A stretch of DNA of 64,000 nt, taken from NCBI GenBank assembly GCA_964390045.1, contig CAYMGP010000006.1, positions 15,003 to 79,002 of the forward strand. The letters are read 5' to 3'. Source of the stretch: an uncultured Spirochaetaceae bacterium. GTDB taxonomy: Bacteria > Spirochaetota > Spirochaetia > SZUA-6 > DRHE01. Made by a program: the position numbers and the translations under genes. Positions 19,899-29,388 of the stretch are shown in pieces; position 1 is the stretch's first letter; each line of letters opens with the position of its first letter. The notes beneath the pieces were generated by a model. The model had not been told where the DNA came from, did no database searches, and saw only the letters and a list, made by a program, of their open reading frames with translations.

Positions 19899-20621
19899 AT
19901 GCAGCACCCCGACGGGCCTCTTGTTGCCCTTGTGGACGATGAACAAAACATACGGGAGCTGGTCGGCTACGCCCTGCAGCGGGAAGGTTACCGGGTCGAT
20001 ACCTACAGCGATGGGGAAAAGGCTTGGGCCGCTTTCCAGCAGACCCTGCCCGATCTGGTGATACTCGACATCATCATGCCCCGCATGGACGGGCTCGAGC
20101 TTTGCCGCAGGATCCGGGGCCTGTCCGAACGGCTGCCCCTCTTGTTTCTCAGCTCCCGAGACGAGGAGTTCGACAGGGTACTAGGCCTGGAGATAGGGGC
20201 CGACGACTACCTCTGCAAGCCTTTCTCCACCAGGGAACTATTGGCCCGAGTGAAGGTTCTTTTCCGCAGGCTCGTCGTGGAACGAGATAACAATAGGCAG
20301 AACAGCGATCAGATCCTGCACTGCGGCTCCCTCGAGATGGACAGCCTCCGCCATACCGTGACGTGGAAGGAACAGCCTGTCTCTCTGACGGTTACCGAGT
20401 TTCGCATTCTCGAGGCCCTTGCCCGGCAGCCCGGATACGCCAAGACTCGGGAGCAACTCCTAAAAGACGGCTACCCCTACGATGAGTACCTGAGCGACCG
20501 CAACATCGACGGGCACATAAAACGAATCCGCAAGAAGATCGCCCATTTCGATTCCGGCTTCGACAGCATCGAGACGATCTACGGCCTTGGGTACCGCTAC
20601 CGTCCCGACGGCGAGTCATGA
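19899..20621 (+). CDS. OmpR-family response regulator (CreB-like)
   Basis: The receiver domain (LVALVDDE...DLVILDIIMPRMDG...ADDYLCKPFS) is followed by a winged-helix DNA-binding domain. An extended -10 (TGTGGTAGAAT) lies just upstream. Confidence 0.85.
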   Translation: MQHPDGPLVALVDDEQNIRELVGYALQREGYRVDTYSDGEKAWAAFQQTLPDLVILDIIMPRMDGLELCRRIRGLSERLPLLFLSSRDEEFDRVLGLEIGADDYLCKPFSTRELLARVKVLFRRLVVERDNNRQNSDQILHCGSLEMDSLRHTVTWKEQPVSLTVTEFRILEALARQPGYAKTREQLLKDGYPYDEYLSDRNIDGHIKRIRKKIAHFDSGFDSIETIYGLGYRYRPDGES

Positions 20622-22270
20622 TCAAGAAGTTAGTCGTTTTCTTCTCCCGCATCTCGGTGCGTCTATTAACTTTCAACATCCTGATCGTGTTCCTGCCTGC
20701 CGCCGCCCTGCTTTATCTCGACACCTACGAACGGCAGCTGCTTCGTTCTCTGGAGCACGCCCTGATCCAGCAGGGTCGTGTTCTGGCATCGGCCCTGTCT
20801 GGAAACTCTGCGCTTCAGAAAGAAGAAGCGGAGAGGATCCTCCTTCGGCTCGAGCAGCGTCATGAGGCCCGGCTGCGGGTAGTGGACGGCGAGGGCCGCC
20901 TGCTTGCCGATTCCAGTCGCCTGGGCCCGCGGCGGAATGAAATCGATGAACCTGCAGGATCGTCCGTTCCAACCGAGGAGCGTGCCCTCTACCGCCTGGC
21001 CACCTATCCGGTGCGCCTGTCCCGGCGTCTGTTCCGCCCCCCGGAGCCGCCCCTCGAATCGGCGGAGTTCTATGTAAATACCCGCGTCCTGCTCGGTCCC
21101 GAGATCAGAGAGGCTCTTGCGGGCAGGTACGGGGCCATGACCAGGATATCCACGGGCGGACAACGCTCGGTGACTCTGTACAGCGCCATTCCCGTCGAGG
21201 GAGAGGACAAGGTGATCGGTGCGGTGCTGGTATCACAGTCCACGTATCGGATTCTCCAGGATCTCTACGAGCTGCGTCTTGATATCTTCACGGTGTTTCT
21301 GGTTTCTCTGGCCGTGGCGGTGGGCTTGAGCCTCGTTGCCTCCACCACTATCGCCGTTCCTGTACGGAAGCTGCGCCGCCAGGCTCGGGAGATCCTCGAT
21401 CACCGGGGCAGGCTGCTGGGACCGATTCGATTCAACAGACGCCGGGACGAGATCGGCGACCTGTCCCGTTCGTTGGAGGAGATGACCAGAAAACTTCAGG
21501 ACCGAATCCGCTTCATCGAGTCCTTTGCCGCCGATATCTCCCACGAGTTCAAAAACCCTCTGGCCTCGATCCGCTCCGCCGGTGAAATGATACCGGGGGC
21601 GGAAAACGAAAGCGAGCGTTCCCGCTTTCTGTCACTCATCCTGAGGGAGGTAGCCCGTATGCAGCACCTTCTCAGCGCGGTACGGGAGATATCGGTGATC
21701 GACGCTCAACTGGAAGGCGAGGAACGCCATCCCGTGGATGTCGGAGAGCTTCTAAACAACTTGATCGAGGCGCACAGATTACGGAGACTTCCTGAAGCAC
21801 AATCCGTCGCGGTGAATCTATCCGTGCAAAGCGAACGAAGTGCGCGCAGCGAGCGCAGCGAGCCCGGGTACCCCATCAAGGTATTGACGGCCCCGCAACG
21901 CCTGACCCAGGTTCTCGAGAACCTGCTGGAAAATGCACTCGCCTTTTCCCCGCCGGGGAAGGAGGTCACGATCTCCTTGGCCCGGGAACGCGGCCGGGCA
22001 GTGATCCGCTTCGAGGATCGAGGACCGGGCATTCCGGAACAGCACCTGGAAAAGATCTTTCAGAGGTTTTTCAGCTATCGCCCGCAAGCGGAGTCCGTCG
22101 ATGCACCGTCCACCGGCACGGTACCCGCCAGCACGGCGTCCGGTCATCTCGGTCTGGGCCTGGCTATCAGCAGGGCTATTGTAGAGGGTTACGGAGGAAC
22201 CATCGCCGCCTCCAATCGGCCCCGGGGCGGAGCCTGCTTCGAGGTCCGCCTCCCCCTGACCGGCGGGTAG
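20618..22270 (+). CDS. Two-TM sensor histidine kinase (CreC-like)
   Basis: Two TM helices flank a periplasmic domain. HisKA H-box is ADISHEFKNPL; HATPase_c motifs are present (GLGLAISRAIVEGYGG). A 4-bp overlap with the response-regulator gene suggests an operon. Confidence 0.8.
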   Translation: MIKKLVVFFSRISVRLLTFNILIVFLPAAALLYLDTYERQLLRSLEHALIQQGRVLASALSGNSALQKEEAERILLRLEQRHEARLRVVDGEGRLLADSSRLGPRRNEIDEPAGSSVPTEERALYRLATYPVRLSRRLFRPPEPPLESAEFYVNTRVLLGPEIREALAGRYGAMTRISTGGQRSVTLYSAIPVEGEDKVIGAVLVSQSTYRILQDLYELRLDIFTVFLVSLAVAVGLSLVASTTIAVPVRKLRRQAREILDHRGRLLGPIRFNRRRDEIGDLSRSLEEMTRKLQDRIRFIESFAADISHEFKNPLASIRSAGEMIPGAENESERSRFLSLILREVARMQHLLSAVREISVIDAQLEGEERHPVDVGELLNNLIEAHRLRRLPEAQSVAVNLSVQSERSARSERSEPGYPIKVLTAPQRLTQVLENLLENALAFSPPGKEVTISLARERGRAVIRFEDRGPGIPEQHLEKIFQRFFSYRPQAESVDAPSTGTVPASTASGHLGLGLAISRAIVEGYGGTIAASNRPRGGACFEVRLPLTGG

Positions 22271-22415
22271 CAACGCTCGCCCACCGATCTACAGAGCGGT
22301 CCTTGCCCAAGGCCCTGCGCCTGGATATATTTGTCCTAACGAAAGAACGTTCCTCGATCCAACGATTGTCAATCCTTTAAAACAGGAGTGCCGGCCCAAC
22401 CTGCCGACGAAAGCT

Positions 22416-25400
22416 GTGAACCACCCGATCCTCAGAAAATTGTCCCCGGATTTCAGTAGAGAGATCAGAGTGCGGGGTCACGATTACTTCCTCGACGGCG
22501 CCGTACGACTGGCCGAGACCGGTCCTGACAGAGTCCTGGCCTTCGTTCAGGGTACTCGCCGCTATACCGTCAAGCTCCTCTTCGCTGAAGACCGAGTCAA
22601 CATGTCCTGCACATGCCCTTACTTCTTCGACAGGGAAAAACCCTGTAAACACCTGTGGGCGGTGCTTCTGAAACTCGATCAAAGCGGCTACTTCGATAAA
22701 AGGGAAACGAAAAGCTCACCTGTCCCCAAAACCGTGGGCGAGCAACCCGTAGTTGAGCGGCAGGCAAACCAGCTTCTCCTTTCCATTCCGGAGTGGGAAG
22801 CCAGGCTCAGGGAAATCAGAGAACGCGAGAGAGTTGAGTCCGACTCCTCGCGTGGAACCTGGCCTGCTGGCCGGGAGATTCTCTACATCTTCGATATTCC
22901 GCAAACATTTTCCCTAGGCACAGCGATCGTACATCTCGTGTACCGGGACGAGAGCAAGCCCGATGTCTCGAGACAGCTTAGGAGTGAGGGGACCAGGCTG
23001 CCCGATCTCTGGAAGATCCCCGATCCGCGGGACCGTGAGATCCTGGCCGTCCTGCGAGGTGTTTCCTATAAAAATCACTTCGATGATGATTCCTACAGGT
23101 ATTTTCTGCTCGGCCAGTCAACCCAGCTTCTCTGCCCCAGTTACAGCCTCGACGCAGATCTGCTTCGATTTCTTCTACCCAAGATGTGTGAAACAGAAAG
23201 GCTTTTTTTAAAAACCCGCCGCGGGAAAGGCTACCAAACCTCGCCGATCCAATTGGAAGAATCCGAGCCCTGGAAGTTTGAGCTCAGAATCGGAGAGACT
23301 GCCACAGGAAAAGGTGTCCAGCTGGAAGGCAGCCTGATAAGGGGAGAGCGGCTGATGCCCCTCTCCGTTCCCGAGATTCTCCTTAAGGGCGGATTGATGT
23401 TCTACCGCGAACGTCTTGCCCGCTACATCGAGCCCGGCTCCTTCGCCTGGGTCAATATTCTTCGCCGCAGCCCGCACCTTACAGTGAGCAAAGGAGATCT
23501 TCCGAAGCTACTGCAAAAATTGATGTCCTTCCCGAATCTCTGCCCCCTGAAAATCTCCGAATCGCTGGCAATACGGACTATCGAGGCAGAACCGAAGCCG
23601 AGGCTCAAAATAAGCAAGGCAGATTCCGAGCGCCACTCGCGCACCGGCGGGGGATTGATAGGGGAGTTGTCCTTCGAATACCAGGACCGGATCGTGGACG
23701 AACTGCCGCCTGATTCGGGATCCTTCATCGAGGAGGAAAACCTGCTGGTTCTGCGTAGACCGGATAGGGAAAAAGAATTCCTGGTCCGGCTTCGTGAGCT
23801 AGGATTTCGCCGTGTCTATGAGTACCGCAGCCGATCCGACGTATTGAAGCTGGCCGTGCGCAGGCTGCCGGCGACGGTGGAGCAGCTTCTAAAAGAGGGC
23901 TGGCAGGTGGAAGCCGAGGGGAAGCTGCTGCGTCGTGCCGGCAGCTTCGACATCCAGGTCACCTCGGGGATAGACTGGTTCGAAATGCGGGGCAACCTGC
24001 GCTTCGGAGACGAGGAAATACCGCTGCCGGAACTGCTCAAGTCGCTTCGAAGAGGAGAAAATACGGTCCGGCTGGGTGACGGCAGCTTCGGCATCCTGCC
24101 GGAGCAGTGGCTGAAGCAACAGGGATTTGCACTCAAGCTGGGCGAAGTGAGGGAAGATCACCTGCGCTTTCGCAGCTCTCAGGCCCTGCTTATCGATCTG
24201 TTCCTCCAAGCGCAACCGCAGGCAAGCTGCGATGAGCTTTTTGAAAGGGTACGGGATAAGCTCAAAAGTTTTTCAGGAATAGAAGCACTCGATCCAACAC
24301 CGGGCTTTGTCGGAAAGCTGCGCGGCTACCAGAAGGAGGGGCTCGGCTGGTTCCACTTCCTCGACGAGTTCTCATTCGGCGGCTGCCTGGCCGACGACAT
24401 GGGTTTGGGGAAAACCGTCCAAGTCCTGGCTCTACTGGAATCCCTGCGAAACGGCGGCGCAAGAGACAGCCGAGCTCCCTCTCTGGTGGTGGTACCAAGG
24501 TCTTTGGTATACAACTGGAAACAGGAGGCGACGCGCTTCACCCCCGGATTGAAGGTCCTGATTCATACAGGTCCAAGCCGGGCCAAGGACGGTCGATCGT
24601 TTTCCGCCGGGGATGTGGTGCTGACCACCTACGGTACGATGAGAAACGACATTGCCCTGCTCAAGGATTTTCGCTTTGACTATGTCATCCTCGATGAGTC
24701 ACAGATCATCAAGAATGCGAACAGCTCAACGGCAAAGGCCGCCCGGCTGCTCGAGGGACGGCGGCGCCTGGCTTTGAGCGGAACCCCGATCGAAAACCAT
24801 TTGGGCGAGTTGTGGAGCCTCTTCGAGTTCCTCAACCCGGGCATATTGGGCAACCTGAGGCTGTTTAAAAAACACTTGAAAAACAAGGAGAATCTTGATC
24901 AAAATTCTCTTGGCCTCCTCTCCCGCTACCTTCGTCCCTTCATTCTGCGGCGAACAAAGGAACAGGTGGCACCCGAGCTTCCCGACAAAGTGGAACAGAC
25001 GCTTTTCTGCCAACTCGGGTCTCGGGAACGCAGGCGCTACAACGAATTAAAGGAATACTATCGCGGTTCCCTGCAGCAGCGCATTGATACCCTCGGCCTG
25101 GGAAAAGCAAAAATTCATGTTCTGGAAGCTCTGTTGCGCCTGCGCCAGGCAGCCTGCCATCCGGGGCTTCTTGACAGAAAAAGCGCTACCCACTCCAGTG
25201 CCAAGATCGACATGCTGCTTCAACACCTCGATGACGTTATCGCCGAACAGCGCAAAGCCCTGGTGTTCTCTCAATTCACAAGCCTGCTCTCGATCCTGAG
25301 GGAAAAGCTGGACAGTCGGGGAATTGTATACGAGTACCTGGACGGCCGGACCAGAAACCGCGCTCAAAGGATCGAGCGGTTTCAACAAAACCCGCAGTGC

Positions 25401-25703
25401 AGGTTGTTTTTGATCAGCTTGAAAGCAGGCGGGTTGGGGTTGAATCTGACCGCGGCGGAATATGTATTCCTTCTCGATCCCTGGTGGAATCCGGCTTCTG
25501 AAGCCCAGGCGATCGACAGGACTCATCGCATCGGACAGGACAAAAAGGTTTTCGCCTACAGGCTTATCGCAAAAGACACCGTTGAAGAGAAGGTATTGGA
25601 GCTCCAGAAATCGAAACGAAAGCTGGCCGAGGCGATCATCAGCGAGGACAACAGGCTGATCGGCCAGCTGTCACGCGAGGACCTCACCCTCCTGTTGTCC
25701 TGA
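22416..25703 (+). CDS. SNF2/Rad54-family ATP-dependent helicase with an N-terminal SWIM zinc finger
   Basis: SWIM Zn finger is CTCPYFFDREKPCKHLW. SNF2 N-domain motifs are LADDMGLGKT, DESQIIKN and SGTPIENHL. The helicase C-terminal domain contains LISLKAGGLGLNLTAAEYVFLLDPWWNPA. GTG start. Confidence 0.85.
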   Translation: MNHPILRKLSPDFSREIRVRGHDYFLDGAVRLAETGPDRVLAFVQGTRRYTVKLLFAEDRVNMSCTCPYFFDREKPCKHLWAVLLKLDQSGYFDKRETKSSPVPKTVGEQPVVERQANQLLLSIPEWEARLREIRERERVESDSSRGTWPAGREILYIFDIPQTFSLGTAIVHLVYRDESKPDVSRQLRSEGTRLPDLWKIPDPRDREILAVLRGVSYKNHFDDDSYRYFLLGQSTQLLCPSYSLDADLLRFLLPKMCETERLFLKTRRGKGYQTSPIQLEESEPWKFELRIGETATGKGVQLEGSLIRGERLMPLSVPEILLKGGLMFYRERLARYIEPGSFAWVNILRRSPHLTVSKGDLPKLLQKLMSFPNLCPLKISESLAIRTIEAEPKPRLKISKADSERHSRTGGGLIGELSFEYQDRIVDELPPDSGSFIEEENLLVLRRPDREKEFLVRLRELGFRRVYEYRSRSDVLKLAVRRLPATVEQLLKEGWQVEAEGKLLRRAGSFDIQVTSGIDWFEMRGNLRFGDEEIPLPELLKSLRRGENTVRLGDGSFGILPEQWLKQQGFALKLGEVREDHLRFRSSQALLIDLFLQAQPQASCDELFERVRDKLKSFSGIEALDPTPGFVGKLRGYQKEGLGWFHFLDEFSFGGCLADDMGLGKTVQVLALLESLRNGGARDSRAPSLVVVPRSLVYNWKQEATRFTPGLKVLIHTGPSRAKDGRSFSAGDVVLTTYGTMRNDIALLKDFRFDYVILDESQIIKNANSSTAKAARLLEGRRRLALSGTPIENHLGELWSLFEFLNPGILGNLRLFKKHLKNKENLDQNSLGLLSRYLRPFILRRTKEQVAPELPDKVEQTLFCQLGSRERRRYNELKEYYRGSLQQRIDTLGLGKAKIHVLEALLRLRQAACHPGLLDRKSATHSSAKIDMLLQHLDDVIAEQRKALVFSQFTSLLSILREKLDSRGIVYEYLDGRTRNRAQRIERFQQNPQCRLFLISLKAGGLGLNLTAAEYVFLLDPWWNPASEAQAIDRTHRIGQDKKVFAYRLIAKDTVEEKVLELQKSKRKLAEAIISEDNRLIGQLSREDLTLLLS

Positions 25704-25805
25704 GAACCGCGGCTGTTTATATCTGACAAAAAAAATTGTATTTTTATAAAAATGAGCTACCAATAATATATAGAGAGGTATTTCCCGGGTGTACAAGGTT
25801 CACAA

Positions 25806-27041
25806 ATGGTAGCATTCGACAGCGCTCCCAACGCACTTACTCTCGTCAGACGCGATCCCCACAAAGTACTGCAGATCGTAGAGGAGATGTACCACATCAA
25901 GGACCTGGATACCCTGCTGGAGAAAGTTCTCTTTGAAGCAAGAAAGTTCGTGAACGCCGAAGCCGGCACCCTCTACCTGGCCGCAGGCCGCAACCTGTAC
26001 TTCAGCTATGTCCAAAACGAGGCTCTCTTCCGGGAAGACCGCGCCAAGGACAAGTACATCTACTCAAATAAACGGCTGCCCATAGACAAGAAATCTCTGG
26101 CCGGCTACGTGGCGGCAACCGGAGACTCCCTGCTGATCGACAATGTGTACGACATCTCGAGCAATGTCACTTACCAGTTCAATCCCGATTTCGACAGGAA
26201 AACCACCTACAAGACCCAGTCGATTCTGGTAGTTCCCCTGACCACCACAGACCACCTCATCCTCGGCGTGCTGCAATTGATCAACGCCAAGAACGAGCAG
26301 GGTCAGATCACTCCCTTCTCCATGCAGGATCGCCTCTACATCACCGAGTTCGCCCGCAATGCCGCCAATGCCATCGAACGGGCCAAGCTGTCCCGGGAAA
26401 TGGTCCTGCGAATGGTTGAGCTCGCCGAGCTGCGGGATCCTTATGAAACCAGCCAGCACGCCAAAAGAGTCGGGGCCTACTCCGTGGAGCTGTACGAGGC
26501 TTGGGCGCTGCGCAATGCTGTAGGGGACCGAAAGATCAAGCATACCAAGGAAGTGCTGCGTAATGCCGCCATCCTGCACGACGTGGGCAAGGTGGCTCTC
26601 AGCGATGTCATTCTTAAGAAACCGGGGGGGCTGGGCAAGGACGAAATCACTCAGATGAAGGCCCACACGATACACGGCGCTCGCTTGTTCAAGTACACTC
26701 ACTCGCCCTGGGACCGCATGGCCGCAGAAGTCGCTCTAAATCACCACGAGCGCTGGGACGGAAGAGGTTATCCCGGTAAAATCGATAACATCTTTGCCAG
26801 GAAGATTCATTTCGGCCCGGGAAAACGGGGTAAGGAGATTCCCCTGGCCGCCCGTATCGTAGCGCTGGCAGATGTCTACGACGCCCTGATCTCCAAGCGT
26901 TCATACAAGGATGTCTGGAAAGAGGAGCAGGCGATCCGCTACATACGCGCCCAGGCCAACAGACAGTTCGATCCCGAGCTGGTAGGCCTTTTCTTGCGGA
27001 TCTACGACGTGATCCGGGCAATCCACAAGCGCTACGCCTGA
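25806..27041 (+). CDS. GAF-domain HD-GYP c-di-GMP phosphodiesterase
   Basis: An N-terminal GAF-like domain is followed by an HD domain (AAILHDVGKV) and a GYP motif (HHERWDGRGYPGK). The intergenic region upstream is AT-rich. Confidence 0.8.
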   Translation: MVAFDSAPNALTLVRRDPHKVLQIVEEMYHIKDLDTLLEKVLFEARKFVNAEAGTLYLAAGRNLYFSYVQNEALFREDRAKDKYIYSNKRLPIDKKSLAGYVAATGDSLLIDNVYDISSNVTYQFNPDFDRKTTYKTQSILVVPLTTTDHLILGVLQLINAKNEQGQITPFSMQDRLYITEFARNAANAIERAKLSREMVLRMVELAELRDPYETSQHAKRVGAYSVELYEAWALRNAVGDRKIKHTKEVLRNAAILHDVGKVALSDVILKKPGGLGKDEITQMKAHTIHGARLFKYTHSPWDRMAAEVALNHHERWDGRGYPGKIDNIFARKIHFGPGKRGKEIPLAARIVALADVYDALISKRSYKDVWKEEQAIRYIRAQANRQFDPELVGLFLRIYDVIRAIHKRYA

Positions 27042-28309
27042 CCAATTCTTTCCGATGGACCGCCTTCCAGAATCCTTCCCGATTCGAGGGCTCCACTCAA
27101 CTCGGCGTAGCTCATACGCTCGGCCGTTTCAACCAGCCGGGTGAACAACTCTCGCGCTTTATCAGAGAAAAAGGTCCTGCTTTCTTCTCCTGCCGCCGGC
27201 TCGAGGACAACCAGCCGATTGGCTCGGCGAGCCAGCTCTAGATTTCCCTCGTTGCCCGCTCCTACAGGGAAGCTGCACAGTACGGTGATATCAGCCTCCT
27301 TTACCATGGAAGCGGCCCTGTCTATGTCCTCCAGCTCAATACGTGAAAAAGCGCCGACGGTACAAGATGGAATCTCCAGGTTCTGCCAAAGCTTCTGATC
27401 CGCGTCGTACTCGTGGGTGATTCCCCCCGACAGCCTGTAGCCGAGACGCACCAGGTCTCGTGTCAGGTTAATGGCGCTGCCCGCTCCTCCTATCAGGTGT
27501 ATCCTCGGCAGCTGCTTGGCACCATGTGGGATCCGGGGAGCCACATTCACGATCAGGCTCCCCGTAGATTCGTTACGAGTCACAACTGTCTTCGTATCGT
27601 ACATCGCATCGAGTAACCCCGGACGAAGTACCTCTTCCGGCTTACCTGCGGCGGCTACCCTGCCCCTGTGAAGAAGCACAAGTCGCGTACAATATTGGGA
27701 AGCGATGTTCAGGTTATGCACAGCCGCCACCACAGCCTTTCTCTCCCGGGTAAGCTCACAGGCCATGGAGAAAAATTGATCCTGATGCTTAATGTCCAAA
27801 TTGGAAGTGGGTTCGTCAAGAAGCAGAAGATCCGTATCCTGCACCAGAACCTTGGCGAACAACACCAGCTGCCGCTCTCCGGCGGAAAGCTCGTTGAAAT
27901 AACGCTCTTCAAAACCGCTCAGCCCCACGTAGGCAAGAGCCCGGCGAGCCCGTTCCAAATCCGACTCGCTCTCTCGCTGAAAACGGCTCAGAAAGGGATA
28001 GCGTCCCATCAGCAGGATATCGAGCACCGGAAAGGGAAAAGCGGAGGTTTCCTCCTGGCTGAGGTAGGCAATCTTTCGGGCTCTTTCCCTCAGGCGAACG
28101 CCGGCCAGCGGATTTTCGCCCACAAAGATTTGGCCCTTTGTCGGCGCCAGAACACCGATCATCAACCGCAGCAGGGTTGTCTTGCCCGCCCCATTGGGAC
28201 CGATCAAGCCGATGAACTCCCCCGGCCTAACGGAAAGGCTGATCCCGTTGATGATATGGGCCTCACCTACTGAATAAAACACGGAGCTGGCTTCAATCAG
28301 ATCGATCAT
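27032..28309 (-). CDS. ABC transporter ATPase (FecE/BtuD-like) fused to an uncharacterised ~250-aa C-terminal domain
   Basis: Walker A is GPNGAGKTT, signature is LSAGERQ, Walker B is LLLLDEPTS, all in the first ~255 aa. These are followed by about 170 aa with no recognisable motif (…HLIGGAGSAINLTRDLVRLGYRLSGGITHEYD…ADITVLCSFPVGAGNEGN…). The start was taken at the internal ATG 28309, which overlaps the permease stop by 4 nt; the 148-codon upstream extension is Arg/Pro-rich and was rejected. Confidence 0.7.
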   Translation of the reverse strand: MIDLIEASSVFYSVGEAHIINGISLSVRPGEFIGLIGPNGAGKTTLLRLMIGVLAPTKGQIFVGENPLAGVRLRERARKIAYLSQEETSAFPFPVLDILLMGRYPFLSRFQRESESDLERARRALAYVGLSGFEERYFNELSAGERQLVLFAKVLVQDTDLLLLDEPTSNLDIKHQDQFFSMACELTRERKAVVAAVHNLNIASQYCTRLVLLHRGRVAAAGKPEEVLRPGLLDAMYDTKTVVTRNESTGSLIVNVAPRIPHGAKQLPRIHLIGGAGSAINLTRDLVRLGYRLSGGITHEYDADQKLWQNLEIPSCTVGAFSRIELEDIDRAASMVKEADITVLCSFPVGAGNEGNLELARRANRLVVLEPAAGEESRTFFSDKARELFTRLVETAERMSYAELSGALESGRILEGGPSERIGQA

Positions 28310-29343
28310 AGTCCGAAGCCTTGAAACCCCTTGCGCTGATAACGGATGATCAGGTAGAGGAAGTACGGGCTGCCCAAGACAGCGGTGATGATTCCGACCC
28401 GGATTTCGAAGGGGGGAATCAAGATCCTTCCCATCAGGTCTGAAAGCAGAAGGAAAAGGGCTCCTCCGAGTGCGGACACGGGAAGAAGAATGCGGTGGTC
28501 CGGACCGACGAGCATGCGGAAGAGATGGGGGATCAGAAGGCCTACGAAGCCGACAGGACCGCTGATCGAAATGGCCATGCCTGTAACCACGGCTGTGACG
28601 GCGAGCACGATCCGTTTCGTCCTCTCCACGTGCATTCCGAGGGAGTGGGCGCTTTCTTCCCCTAGGGTGAAGAGATTCAACTCCCGGGTGAAGAAAAACA
28701 ATACGGCCATACCAGGCAGCAGTACCGGCAGGGGCAGGGTTACCTGATTCCACATGCGGCCTTCCAGGCCCCCCATTGTCCAGAATATAAACTGGCTTAC
28801 CTCGTAGTTCTGAGAGAAGAGCAGGATCGCCGAAACCATTCCATTGAAAAACGAAGAAATGGCCAGCCCGGCCAGGACCACAAACAGCAGTGATGTCTTA
28901 CCTCTGTAGCTGGATATCAGGTATATCAACGTGGCCGCCAGAAGTGCTCCTGCGATCGCCAGCAGAGGGAGGAAGTACATATTTGCCGCGAACAGGCCCG
29001 TGTTGATGGCGATCACCGCACCCAGGCTTCCTCCACTGGTTACCCCCAGTATATCGGGGCTGGCCATGGGATTGCGAAACAATCCCTGCATGGCCACTCC
29101 GCCCATTGCCAGGGCCGAGCCGACCAGCAGAGCAGCGATGATCCTGGGCAGGCGGATGTGCGCGATGATGTTGACCTGTATCTCGGGAGGAAGCCTGACA
29201 GAATGAAAACCGATGCCGTGGGCAATCATCCTGGCTATAGAAACCGGTGGTACCCAGACCGCTCCGCTGCCAACCGCCAGGACTGCGATCGCCAAAAGAG
29301 AGACAAAGAGAACGATCAGTACCGTTGCTTTTTTCCTTTTCAT
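28306..29343 (-). CDS. FecCD-family ABC permease (iron-chelate / cobalamin type, BtuC-like)
   Basis: About 9–10 TM helices in the FecCD/BtuC pattern. It sits between the substrate-binding and ATPase genes. Confidence 0.8.
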   Translation of the reverse strand: MKRKKATVLIVLFVSLLAIAVLAVGSGAVWVPPVSIARMIAHGIGFHSVRLPPEIQVNIIAHIRLPRIIAALLVGSALAMGGVAMQGLFRNPMASPDILGVTSGGSLGAVIAINTGLFAANMYFLPLLAIAGALLAATLIYLISSYRGKTSLLFVVLAGLAISSFFNGMVSAILLFSQNYEVSQFIFWTMGGLEGRMWNQVTLPLPVLLPGMAVLFFFTRELNLFTLGEESAHSLGMHVERTKRIVLAVTAVVTGMAISISGPVGFVGLLIPHLFRMLVGPDHRILLPVSALGGALFLLLSDLMGRILIPPFEIRVGIITAVLGSPYFLYLIIRYQRKGFQGFGL

Positions 29344-29388
29344 GCAGGCACTCCAGACAGAATTGAGATAAAGACGCCTAGCTCACCT

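Noticed and set aside
21838-21860. Short in-frame tandem repeat (agcgagcgcagcgagc) in the histidine kinase gene
   Set aside because: Encodes SERSARSERSE in a linker. Too short to be a CRISPR or VNTR locus of note.
26064-26702. 212-aa minus-strand ORF
   Set aside because: Antisense to the GAF–HD-GYP gene.
28310-28753. 148-codon 5' extension of the ABC ATPase ORF
   Set aside because: Arg/Pro-rich, overlaps the permease coding region. The internal ATG with the Walker-A region directly downstream is the conventional start.
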